From Octopus vulgaris (taxonomy: Eukaryota), in NCBI GenBank assembly GCA_951406725.2, contig OX597817.1, forward strand, positions 135,780,001 to 135,844,000: a DNA stretch of 64,000 bases, read 5' to 3'. The notes under the pieces were generated by a model. The model searched no databases. It saw only the letters and a list, made by a program, of their open reading frames with translations, and was not told the DNA's origin. Positions within the stretch are counted from its first letter, which is position 1; each line of letters begins with the position of its first letter. Shown in pieces: positions 41,221-54,534 of this stretch. The translations under genes were made by a program, and so were the position numbers.

Positions 41221-43861
41221 GGGAGGTTTCGTGAGGTTACGCAAGAGTTTTCTCAACTCCTTTTCGAGGGAGCAAATTGGAAAAGCCTGGTCAATTACTT
41301 TGACCGGTGCATTGACCCTTGGCTCGATATCAGCTTTGCGGTAGAATATGGATAGGTGACGAAGGAGGAGGCGATATGCAACAACATGTGGTCCAGTAGG
41401 ATCTACGTGGACATGCATGTCCTGATGACACTCGAAAAACCACAAAGTTGTCCTGAAAGTTGCACTTCACTTTAGGAGCAGAGAAGTCATTTGGTGACAC
41501 AGAGCGAAAAAACACCGTCGCAACACGTCAAACACACACGCGTCTCGAGAGGCTTTTCATGACACCATAACAACCACTGGACAATGGAAGCCTCAAAATT
41601 ATGTCATCATTCCAATGGTTTCTACCATATTCTTTACAGCAAACATACGCGTCATTAAACCTGGATTTCCGCTGGGATTGACGTCGAATTCAGAAAAATC
41701 TGAAAGCTATTCAGGTCCAATCGTTTTCAAGTGAAGAACAAAGACGCGCTGCTCTCTCTTGACTGATTTCGTTACGTCGACGATAAAAGTGTCGTGTCTA
41801 CCAGTGAAGAAACCGTCAAGCTAACTCCAACACCTTTAATATTGCATACAAAAAAGATGTGACTCTTAATCGGTCGGAATAAAATTCAGATCTTCTTTCA
41901 ACCATTCCCAGGTGGGGTTAACTCTTCATCACCTCCATCAAACTCAACTACAATTTGCTTGAGAACATTAACTATCGCTATCATCTAGTGCGAAATTTTC
42001 AGCAATTCTTGAAATGTACAAGAATTACCTTTCAGAGTCAATGGACAGAATTTTGCAGAACAGAGACATCCAGTGGATACGAGTTATTTAGGTATAAGGT
42101 AGTAGTCATCCATGCCCCACACCGAAAAAAATAAATGGATCAAATAAAAAAGTAGAAATAGAAAATGAAAACAAAAATAAGCGTCGGTCTTTTACTGTCC
42201 CCAGGTGACCCAACTTCGGTGTTTCCCCAATCATTGACTTTATAGCATTGTCAAGGTAAACTAGAAGGAATAATTCCGACATGATAATCATTGAAGATGT
42301 CAAGACTTTCCCACTCACCGACATCGAAGCAACGATCATCGAGAACTGCTATCGGCTGATCGGATACGGCCAGTTAAATCGATTACGGTCATCTGAGAGC
42401 GGAGAATCGAACAAGAAGAGGGCGACTGAAGCACTTCAAGGTCATTCTCATGTCAACAGCGGGGAAGGTTTTGTAGACAAGAAGGACAGTTCAGATTTAC
42501 TCATTCACCAAAGAATGGACAACAACTATGAATGATCTCATAGGAATTGTGGTAGTGGTGTGGACGATGGTAGGTGGGTGGCCGATCGGAGTAGTCGATG
42601 GTGGGTGGGCGATAGTGGATGGTCGAGGTGGTAACTGTGCTGTGGTGGTTGTGTGTCAGTGGTTGTATTGTTATGATGGTAGTTCTTTTATTGGGGCTGT
42701 TAGTAGCAGTGGTCGTGAGTAAAGGTGGTGGAGATAGTGGTGGTGGTGGTGGTGTTGGTGGCGACGGTGGTGGAGGCGGCGACGATGGCGACGGTGGTGG
42801 AGGCGGCGACGGTGGCAACGGTGGTGGAGGCGGCGACGGTGGCGACGCTGTTGTTGTTGTTGTTCGTGGTGTTGATGGTAGTCCAAGATGTAGGTGTAGT
42901 AATGTCGGTTAATGAAGTTATCCCAAAATGGTAAATGTCTGTACATGGTTCTCACTTCAACACCAAAGCCTCCGGCGGCAAATAACAACAACAACAACAA
43001 CAACAACAGCAACAACAACGTCTTAGATCTCGTCTCTCTACAACATACATTGTAACACCATCTGCAACAAAAATAGATTTTCTCTCAAACGAATTGCTGC
43101 TTTCAAACAACAACAACAACAACAGCAGCAGCAGTAGCAGCAGCAGCAACACCACAACCAACAAATATACCACCACCACCATCATCATCATCATAGTAAC
43201 AGGCATGAATGACAACGATAAATATAACATCGGTAACCAAGAAAAATAAAACAACGAATATGTATGTATGGATAGGTGTATGTATGGATATGTCTGTATG
43301 TATATATGTATGCATGTTTTTTTTTACATATGTATATGTGCATGTGGATGTGTATGTATGTATCTATGGACATGTGCGTACGTACGTATGTATGTATGAA
43401 TGTATGAATGTATGTGAAATAACTAGAGTGTGTTAACCCGACTGCTTTATAGTATAGAAGAAGATATCAATAGACATTTTTGGCCAGCACTTCATGTTGC
43501 AACGAAATAAATGATACGTCTGGGTACGCAATATATTTGTAGGGAGAAAAAGAGGGAACAGCTGTATATACAAGTTTCAGCCTTGTTGGGATTTCATCAG
43601 TGTTTATGCAGCTTCTTCAACTTTCCTTAAAACCCACTTTTTAAAACCCTACCAATGTTCAAGGCCAAAGTAAACTGGAAAGATTCGTAACACATTTTAC
43701 AATTTCTTGAATATTACTTAACACTGAGTCATTGAAGTTCCATTTTATTGCTACACCTCTATAGAATTCAAATTTTGTATTTCACTCAGAGTGTGGAAGG
43801 TCTTATCAATTTACTTTAATGTCAAATATTAGTGGGTTTCTCTCTCTCTCTTTCTCTCTCT

Positions 43862-43899
<38 letters not shown>

Positions 43900-43911
43900 T
43901 ACACACACACA

Positions 43912-43973
<62 letters not shown>

Positions 43974-44107
43974 TCATCTAATTGTATATATCTATCGTTA
44001 CTTTTCATAAAAAGCCTTTATTTTTTTTGATTTCCAATGTACATTTTCGCTTATTTTTCTTCTTACTCCCCCCCCCGCCTATATTTATATATATATGGAA
44101 AAAAGTC

Positions 44108-44725
44108 AAGGCAGAAAATGCTAAAATAATTTTATAAAAAATATTTCAGTACTAGTTTCGGTCATTAAGACATTTTCAACTGTAAGTATGGAAAACTATT
44201 AAATTTTGGAAAAATTAAATGAAAAGTTTTTAAAAGAATATTTGCATAGTGTTCAAATACAAGTGGCATTTTCCTTGTTTCTGCCTGTCTGTCTCTCTTG
44301 TTTACTCTTGTGGGTTCGAGGTCATTGTGAATGCTTGGCAGAGAAGAAGAAGAAGAAGAAGAAGAAGAAGAAAAAGAAGAAGAAGAAGAAGAAGAAGAAG
44401 AAGAAGAAGAAGAAGAAGAAGAATGCGAGATTGCTATGATAGTAGTAGGATGCTGAATGGTCAAGTTTCCTGAAAGTGACTTGTTGTGGATGGTACTAGT
44501 ACTCCCGCATTCTTCTTCTTCTTCTTCTTCTTCTTCTTCTTCTTCTTCTTCTTCTTCTTCTTCTTCTTCTTCTTCTTCTTCTTCTTCTTCTTCTTCTTCT
44601 TTTCTACCAAAAATTCACAACGACCTCTAACCTACAATTTAATTGTTTCCATACTTACAGTCGAAAAGTCTCAATGACCGAAACCGGTACTAAAATGGTT
44701 TCCATAAACCATATATTTTCTTCCT
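44108..44725. repeat. ~600-bp fold-back palindrome with (GAA)n and (TTC)n in opposite arms
   Basis: Arms pair on both sides of the microsatellites (e.g. agtactagtttcggtcatt / aatgaccgaaaccggtact; gaatgcgaga / tcccgcattc). Confidence 0.9.
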
Positions 44726-44910
44726 TCCAGTTGTAGAGAGGTTATGTGCCTCCGGCCATTTGAGCCTCAAGAGTCGTCTGCACAGCTAAGCGCTTTATTG
44801 GTGTGAAACCAATGGTCGCTCTCTGACTAGCCATAATAAACAACTCCCTAAATATTTTACTGCTCCAGTGTTTTAAAGTGTGCTTCTGTTTCGGATATAT
44901 GAAATACTGA

Positions 44911-44950
<40 letters not shown>

Positions 44951-45206
44951 CATTTAATATACACCGTATAAAAATACGAGCTACAAATAGTTTCATGCAT
45001 TGAAGACGTGAATCTAGGCAGAGTTTTATAACATGTCACCAAGCAATCTCAGGCTCTGAACCCGTGACCTATTCAATTTACACACCAGGACAGATGCTAT
45101 TCGTGCGCTTAATACTGTCAGTAGCTTGTATCTTTACAGTGTGTACATTAAGGGATATTTACTATTGGCGTCATTAGAATTTATAAAGCTTTGAGTGAAC
45201 GTGGAA

Positions 45207-45404
45207 TAATTCTTTTTTGGAATTGGTTCTCGAAGTACATATAAAGCTATAAATAATAGCAGTAAAATATTGGAAAAGTGGGTTCGAATGCCACGAGCAG
45301 CCATCGATTATTTCTATTCAAAAGGGTTTTCTCAGCCCAATATTAATTTCCATGTTATTTATTGCCTTATATGTTCTTCAAGAACCAATTCCAAAAAAGA
45401 ATTA
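45207..45404. repeat. Imperfect inverted repeat, ~60-bp arms
   Basis: taattcttttttggaattggttct / agaaccaattccaaaaaagaatta. Confidence 0.85.
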
Positions 45405-45405
45405 C

Positions 45406-45446
<41 letters not shown>

Positions 45447-46337
45447 ATACACACATACATATAAATACAAACAGTAAAAATACACACATACTGAAACAAC
45501 ATATATACACACTATATAAGTACATACACAGTAAATACAAACACACAAACACACACAAATCGGTTCAATGGTTACATCGAAATGTTTTATTAAAATATTT
45601 CAAAATATTCAAAATATTTAATATATTATTTAGTTTTTCTAAAAATACTTTTTAAAAGTTTTTTTTTAAGGAATTTCAAAATCTATTTCGTAAATTCTAG
45701 TCGTTTTCCTTGTTTCCCCCCATTTATTAATTTATTTGTCTTATAATAAGCGTGAGTTTGTGGTGTATATATGTGTGTGTGTGTGTGTGTATTTGGCTTA
45801 GGCATAGCAATGCTAATAACCTGAAATACTGTCGAAGTTATTGGGTGATAAATAATCACTCAACTATAAGTACATTGCATCTTATAGCAGATTTCTTGTC
45901 CCCTTCTCATTTATTTAAACACACACACACACACACACACACATATTAGAAACCCGCACACATAAACACATACATACATAGATACGTACATACATAGATA
46001 CATAAAACATACATACATATATATATATACATATATATATATATACGTACATACATACATACATGCATATATATATATATATTAATTGTCAGAGTTGCCA
46101 TTAGAGCGATGGAATAATTCTTTGAGAAATATTTTCTAACTCCTCATATTGTACTTCAAAACCTATTCATGTCAAACTTGTTTTTCAGCTTTCTGGGACG
46201 ATAAAGGAGAGTACCAAGCAAGTACTAGGCTAGCGGCAATGTAATTTACAAAACGCTCCCATCAAAATTATTGAGCTGTATATTTCAGAAACAAATATAC
46301 AATTCTCTATTTTTGAAATGAAAAATTTATATTCTTT

Positions 46338-46448
46338 TCTACTCTAGGTACAAGGCCTGAAATGTTTAAGGGAGGGAGCCAGTCGAAAAGATAAAAGGCA
46401 AAGTCGACCTCGACGGAATTTGAACTCAGAACGTAAAGACAGACGGAT
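46338..46448 (-). mobile_element. SINE family B, internally deleted
   Basis: Matches 2301-2460. Confidence 0.75.
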
Positions 46449-47301
46449 GAGAAATTTATATTTTGTGTACTGTTTATATTAGTTGAACTTGTGTCTTCAT
46501 CTTGACTGTTGCTTTCACTACGTTTTGGTACAGAGCCAACACAAAACACGAATGGAAGTTTATAAACCTTAAAAATGCAGTCTGTCACTGCCAATGGGCA
46601 AAGCGTAGTGGATAAAGGCATTTGGTTAATGCAGTGAAGTCACCTAGAAATCCTGAGGTCAATCCCAGGCAAGGGATTGAACTCAGAGGAAGATCGACTT
46701 GAGCTTTGCCACGAAGCTGTTTCGATCCATGTAAGTCGCTCACATAAAAGTGGGGGATCGTATGACATCTCTCGGACCATCTACTGTTCACAAATTGACC
46801 GAGAAGATGCGGAAAAATACGTCAGTTTCCTGAGCTGTTTGTAAGATTTCACACTAAATATGCCATTTAACTATAACTCTTTGGAATTGTCACATCTCGA
46901 ACTCCTGTCCATGTTTTTCCTGGTGATGCAGACTTACAGCTAACCGAGCATGCGCAGTCTTTCCTATCTCGCTGGACTGTAAACTTCGCACGTCTTCTTT
47001 TCCGTTGGTTAACTCATAAAATAAAATGGCGTCTGTGAAAACGCATGATGGGTGGCAATATACAAACAACTGAAGGAAGAGGAGTTACCTTAGAATTTAC
47101 CTTTTCATATATAAAGGGGCAAGAATTATGGGTAGAAGAGAATGGACTCTGAAGAGGAAGTTATTTTGCCGTTCTTTCATTGCTGAAATTGATCGATGAG
47201 TCTCTAATTTTCAAACATCGATCTATAAATTACTTTTATCTATTTCTGACTGTGTGTGGTAACAGAGGCTATAGATATATGTTTCGTGGTACAATAATAC
47301 T

Positions 47302-47694
47302 CGTAGTCGTGGCACTCCGTCAGTTACGACGACGGGGGTTCCAGTTGATCCGATCAACGGAACAGCCTGCTCGTGAAATTAACGTGCAAGTGGCTGAGCA
47401 CACCACAGACACGTGTACCTTTAACATACTTCTCGGGGAGATTCACCGTGACATGGAGTGTGTTACAAGGCTGCCCCCTTTGAAAATACAGGTACAACAG
47501 AAACAGGAAGAAAGAGTGAGAGAAAGTTGTGGTGAAAGAGTACGGCAGGGTTTGCCACCGCTCCCTGCCGGAGTTTCGTGGAGCTTTAGGTGTTTTCGCT
47601 CAATAAAAATTCACAACGTCCTATCTGGAAATCGAAACCGCGATCCCACGACCGCAAGTCCGCCGCCCTAACCACTGGGCCATTGCGCCTCCAC
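47302..47694 (-). mobile_element. SINE family A flanked by ~200-bp direct repeats
   Basis: Full-length match; 47099-47301 aligns with 47695-47899. Confidence 0.9.
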
Positions 47695-48989
47695 ACCTTT
47701 TCATATAAAGAGCCAAGAATTATGAGTCGAAGAGAATGCACACTGAAGAGGAAGTTATTATTATGCTTTTCTTTCATTGCTGAAATTGATCGATGATTCT
47801 CTAATTTTCAATCATCGATCTATAAATTACTGGTATTTATTTCTGACTGTGTGTATAACATCGGCTATATATATATATATTCCATAGTACAATAATACTA
47901 TTAACGTTAAAGTACAATTTTTACAAAGACAGTCTTCGATTCTATGATATCAGGAAACATTTCACAAGTTCCAAACGCAACACTCCTTCTTAAAGAAATC
48001 TCTCCATAGAAAAACAAAAAAAGTCTTTTGTTTGAAAATGTATCCAGTTCCAGTCCAAACATCAATCATTATAAGAGAAAAGGTTGTGAGTGAGAGAATC
48101 AATAAAGATACAAACAAGATGATTTGTGGTATTTACTTGACTACATTTATGTTCCGAGTTCAAATCCTGCCGAGGTCACCTTTGCCTTTTACGGTTGTTG
48201 TTGTCGTTGTTGCTGGACCCTTTCTCACAGTATGTGGCTATGTGTCAGTGTAAGAAATCCCTATAAATTATTTTAAGAGAAACCATTTCTAGGAACAGTC
48301 ATTTCATGCTGGAGTCTAAACATACGCTCACAGTCAGAAGTGCAAGACTTAGCAAACATAAAAATTACTGATGTATTATCGTGGTTTGTTTTTGATACCA
48401 GCATGTACGACAGAACAAAACAACACTGTGTATAAGTTAATTAATGTTAATTAATTTTAATTAATTTACACACGCAATGTTGGTTTAAATCCATAGATTT
48501 ATTCTGCAGCGCATCATCGCATTAGAAGTTAACATTGCTGGTGTGCTCGTAATTTATCAAACGAACTAGCTGCATCATTTATGTAAATTGGTGTTAGCAG
48601 TTTTAAAAAAGCTCTAGAAGCGAGAAATACGATATTACTGTGGACATTCAGAGGAAGGGAGTCAATAACTGATGAAAAGATTAAGGTAAGATGGTCCCCA
48701 AAATGTATAAATATAAGCATGACTGCGTTGGTAAAAGAGTGTATTGAGATGTTAACTAAGTTTATGGATTCGGAATAACAAACAAGTGGTATGAATACAA
48801 GCCAGAGGCTGAGATGGATTTTATGGTATTAGAAGATTAATCTCAGCAAAGATTAAAACTGATCCCGCTTTTTCTCTGATGAGATTGTATGAAAAAGAGA
48901 AATACTATTGTTCAATGTGTTTAATTAAATTTAATTAATCAACAAATGTAGTGTTGATTGAAACCCATAAGTTTATTTTATAGTGCAAC

Positions 48990-49370
48990 ATTCGTCCGTT
49001 CGTTCGTCGTTGTCGACGATGATTAAGGATATCACATGAGAGAAGAAGACGAGAAATGGTGTATCCGGCTGTGGCCAATCAGTCCTAAGCGTGCTCGGAA
49101 AGCTCTGCCGCAGATCGGTCACTGGTGGTTGGTTGGTTCGGGACTCGCATAGTTCACGTTTTCTTTGTGCGCCTGCAATCGTGTTCTGTTCGTAAGCGGT
49201 GGGATCCCTGTTGGTGCAGCTTCGCCAGGTGGGGCGGTCTTGTATTTGCGTTTCCCAGGTGTCGGGGCTGATCCTGAATCATTTCAGTGAGGCTTTGAGT
49301 ATGTCCCCGAAGCGCTTTTTCTGTCCACCTTGGGTGCACTTGTCTCCCTCCAGTTCAGTTCCCTGTGAAA
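48990..49370 (-). mobile_element. RTE LINE 3' end
   Basis: GGQKKRFGDILKASL..ISPDTWE..DRPTWRS, CGRAFRARLGLIGHSRIH, stem-loop tail tcgtcgacaacgacga. Confidence 0.85.
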
Positions 49371-50077
49371 CAGTTTCTTTAGAATCTCATAAACGTACAA
49401 GGCATTATACCGATGTGATGTGTCTAAAGCTTGAGCAAAGTGTGACTCGGTGTGGCGCAATTATAGAATTAATAGCGATTGGTCTCTGCAGTCAATTTAT
49501 TTTAAGAAGATTACTTTTCATTAAGTCGGGTTATTTTTCCATTAATTGGATAAATGACATCAACATTAATTAAGATACACTGAAGCACATTTACAATGAT
49601 TCAAACGTTTACAGTAAACTCTGGATAAATACTAAGACGAGGCTCAAGTCAAATCCAACAAGCACTCAAGGTGAATTGGTTCTCTTTTTGTCGACCTCTC
49701 AGGGACAACCCATAACAGCTAAAGCAATACCACCGGAAAACGATGGCGATCGTCATGCTGGTGGTGGCGATGAGTAGGAGGAGGAGAAGAAGAAAAAGGA
49801 GGAGGAGAAGGAGGAAACTATTGATGATAATGCTAACAGTGGTAATTATGCTATTTTCCCATTGATGCAAAGATGAATTTCTAATGTCGGGATACATTTG
49901 GTTAAATCTTGTTTTATGTTATCCTCCCTTGAGGAATGAAAGATGAGGTGGGACCCGACAAAATCTGAAGTCAAGATGTGAGAAGGTGAGAACAAATGCG
50001 GCAAGGCATGTTGTCTTTTGCATAATAATAATAATAATAATAACAATAACAATAATAATAATAATAATAACAATAAA

Positions 50078-50345
50078 ACCCCCAAATGGCAGAAATTCAA
50101 AAGATAGTGTTCATGGGAACTACCCATATCCTACGCAAAATACTTTCTCTGTAATCGCAAGTTTTAAAACATAATTTTCTTATGGTTTCTTAAACATTCT
50201 CTAGAACAACACTATGTACAAAACCAAATATATGACACCCTCGGCATAATACCAACATAAACTTCTAACTTGTTTCTTGAGATCTCTGGGTGGGACCTGG
50301 AGTCAACTTGTACAAATACAAAGCAAAAGTCAAACATATAATAAA
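50078..50345 (+). mobile_element. Dong/R4 3' end inserted in (TAA)n
   Basis: MAEIQKIVFMGTTHILRKILSL* plus UTR; (TAA)n on both sides. Confidence 0.8.
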
Positions 50346-50400
<55 letters not shown>

Positions 50401-50405
50401 GATTG

Positions 50406-50785
50406 AAGCACTCCGTCGGTTACGACGACGAGGGTTCCGGTTGATCCGAATCAACGGAACAGCCTGTTCATGAAATTAACGTGTAAGTGGCTGAGCACTC
50501 CACAGACACGTGTACCCTTAACATAGTTCTCGGGGATATTCAGCGTGATACAGAGAGTGACAAGGCCGGCCCTTTGAAACACAGATACAACAGAAACAGG
50601 AAGTAAGAGTGAGAGAAAGTTGTGGTGAAAGAGTACAGCAGGGATCACCACCATCCCCTGCCGGAGCCTCGTGGAGCTTTAGGTGTTTTCGCTCAATAAA
50701 CACTCACAACACCCGATCTGGGAATCGAAACCACGATCCTATGACCGCGAGACCGCTGCCCTAACCACCGGCCATTGTGCCTCCA
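50406..50785 (-). mobile_element. SINE family A
   Basis: Full-length match. Confidence 0.9.
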
Positions 50786-50917
50786 CTAATAATAATAATA
50801 CAGTAACCATCAATACAGTAATACAATAACTATCAAAGCGTCACAACAAACCACAGCACATAACCAAGGCTGCGATCGGTAATGAAGTGAAAGCACGATA
50901 TGAAAATAAAACTACTC

Positions 50918-50986
<69 letters not shown>

Positions 50987-50988
50987 TA

Positions 50989-51074
<86 letters not shown>

Positions 51075-51076
51075 TA

Positions 51077-51119
<43 letters not shown>

Positions 51120-51181
51120 TAATAATAATGATAATAATAATGATAATAATAATAATAACAATAATAATGATAATAATAATG

Positions 51182-51222
<41 letters not shown>

Positions 51223-51422
51223 TAATAGTAATAATGATAATAATAATGATGATAATAATAATAATAATAATAATAATGATAATAATAATAATAATGATAA
51301 TAATAATAATAATAATAATAGTAATAATAATAATAATGATAATAATAATAATAATAATGATAATAATAATGATAATAATAATGATAATAATAATAATAAT
51401 AATAATAATGATAATAATAATG

Positions 51423-51492
<70 letters not shown>

Positions 51493-51494
51493 TA

Positions 51495-51555
<61 letters not shown>

Positions 51556-51615
51556 TAATAATAATGATAATAATAATAATAATAATAAATAATAATAGTA
51601 ATAATAATAATAATA

Positions 51616-51676
<61 letters not shown>

Positions 51677-51720
51677 TAATAATAATGATAATAATAATGA
51701 TAATAATAATAATAATAATA

Positions 51721-51800
<80 letters not shown>

Positions 51801-51826
51801 TAATAATAATGATGATAATAATAATG
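50918..51826. repeat. ~900-bp (AAT)n array with GAT/TAG interruptions
   Basis: Seen directly. Confidence 0.95.
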
Positions 51827-52008
51827 ATTTCATTTATCTGTCACAAGGGCGAAGGATGAGGAGGACAATACAGAGACAGACGTAAAGTGTAGGGGTTTAC
51901 ATAAAATAATGAAATGATTAAAAAAGTATAAATAAAGTATACGCTGTATACACTGAAAAAGAAGGGATATATGCATGACATACATAGGTAACAAAAAAAT
52001 GGCGGGCA
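51823..52008 (-). mobile_element. Second copy of the 40235-40432 repeat
   Basis: Direct alignment. Confidence 0.65.
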
Positions 52009-52219
52009 GAACAACAACACTTGTATTTGTATTCAGGTTGCCTCTACCCTAATAATGAAATCGCTCCTTCTTTAGTTATTTCTGCATGCATATATAAACG
52101 AGCACACACATATATGTATAATGTATATATATATATATGTGTGTCTATGCACACATTTTTATATTTTATATTTTTATATTTATATGTAAAATTTTTTTCA
52201 CACTTATATTAAATTAAAT

Positions 52220-52330
52220 TCTCTGAAGAGGCCGTGGGACATCCTTGTTAATGTCTCATTTATACCTGCCTTATATGGCTTATAGGTTAAATGAGGTATA
52301 CTTGTCCTCACGGCCGAAACAGCTGTCAGA
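52220..52330 (+). ncRNA. Type-I hammerhead, canonical core, long stem II, in a solo pLTR-like segment running to (TA)n at ~52685
   Basis: tct-CTGAAGA-ggccgtgggaca..tgtcctcacggcc-GAAAC-agct-GTC-aga; inner pairing ctcattta / taaatgag. Confidence 0.8.
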
Positions 52331-52681
52331 TATGATGTAATTGTATTTTATATTTCTATATCCTTGTCTAATTATATTTACAATATATTTTGTATAATGT
52401 CTTTGCTGTTATGTAATGGTGTAATAAAGTATTGATTGGGTATTATCTGATGGTTGATGTTTGATTGATTTAAGTATGTTTCTCCATTTTCTAATTTTGT
52501 ATTATTATTAATTTATGGTAATATTTTTACCTTTGCCCACATAATACAGTAGATGAATTAATTGCATGGCAATTTTTAACATTTATGTATTAGTCTTGTT
52601 GGGTACCTCTCTAGCAGTATATTGGATATATGTTATCCCATGGTGGGTTGAATTTTCAACCCCTATCTCATTTTATAACTG

Positions 52682-52721
<40 letters not shown>

Positions 52722-52803
52722 ACCTACTTATATATATATACATACACAAATATACTTACATACATACATGCATACGTGCATACATACACACACACACACA
52801 CTC

Positions 52804-52868
<65 letters not shown>

Positions 52869-53152
52869 CATGCACACACACATATATATACATACACACA
52901 CATACATACATACATACATGCGTATATATATATGTGTGTGTGTGTGTGAATGTAAATATGTATGTAAGTATGTATGTATGTGTATATATGTATATGTACC
53001 TGTGCAATACGGGGTGTCTATACGATCACTGGTATTGTTTATGCGGTCGTTGTTGTTGTTTTCGTTGTTATTGCAGCTGTTGCAATACGTTCGATACAGA
53101 ACAATTTTTGCTGTTGTTGTTGTTGTTGTTGATGATGTTCTTGTCTGATGCT

Positions 53153-53192
<40 letters not shown>

Positions 53193-53215
53193 GCAACCTC
53201 ACCACGAACACACGC

Positions 53216-53248
<33 letters not shown>

Positions 53249-54534
53249 CTCTTGCAGTTGTTATTGTTGCCATTTCTCACAACACAGCTGCTTTAATATC
53301 AATGTTTTTGCTGTGTCTGTTGTTGTTGTTGTTGCTGTTGGTGTCGTTGATGATGTCTCTTAGTAAAAGCTGCCTTCCTTCAATTTATTGACGATGATGA
53401 TGATAATGAGAAGGAATATGGTGGCGGCAAGTGATGGCGATGGTGCTGCTGATATTTCTTAACCAAATTCTTTATTGTTTATACCATTGTTGTTATTTAG
53501 ATATCTTGGTTGTTGTTGTTGTTGGTGGTGGTGGTGCTGTTGTTGTTGTTGTTACAGAGTTGTTTTGGAGGAATCTACGTTTGCTGCTGTTGCTGCTGCT
53601 GCTGTTACTGTTTTTGTTACTGCTCCTGTTGCTGTTGTTGCTACTGTTGTTGTTTATTTTGCTGCTGTTGCTGTTGTTATTGTTGCTGTTGTTGTTGTTG
53701 TTGCTGCTGCTGCGGCTGTTACATTTCTTCCTGTTATTATTGTCGCCTTTGACGTTTATTTTCGTTTGTTTCCCGTCTTTTTCTTATTTTTTTTTAGCTT
53801 TTGATGTTTCTTTTCCTGACGTTGTTATTGTTGTTGCTGCTGCTGCTGCTGCTGCTTCAGATGTTGATGTTTTTCCTTGTTCATACCGCCATTGTTGTTG
53901 CTGTTGTTGCTGTTGTTGTCTCTCTAAATATTGTAGTTGTTATAAATCCTGTTTAACTGGGTCGGTTGGCGACCACCACCACCACCACCACCACCACCGC
54001 CGCCACCGCCGCCGCCACCACCACCACCATCACCAGTAAGAACAACGACTCCACCAAATATTCTTCGAATGGACATAAAACACACACACACATGCAGAAA
54101 AATGTCCTTACACAGGCGCATACATAATATACACATTTCGTAAACACGCTCCCTTCTACACACAACTCTTCGTACGAATTCGTATACTCATAACCCTATT
54201 CGCACATATTTCATATATCACAGATGTATATGTACAGACAGATATTGGTGTGTATATGTATGCATATGCATACATGCATACATATATTTTTTATATAAAT
54301 TTATACAAGAAAGTGGAATAAACAGGATTTTATTACAAAATACAACAATTGTTTCTGTGCTGTGGCAGCAGTTGTTAGTAGCTGATTTTTCAGTCTCATA
54401 TCATTACATAAATTATTTTATAGACAATTACATAAATACGAGCCAGCAGCAGCAGCAGCAGCTGTCTACTAGCACTTCTTCAAGGAGGTTGCTTTAAAAG
54501 CGCTACTAGATCACGTTCATTTTGTCATATATAT

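Noticed and set aside
41220-42340. Gypsy integrase remnant on the minus strand (HVHVDPTGP, IGETP)
   Set aside because: Motifs are short and not in integrase order; no DDE spacing or LTRs.
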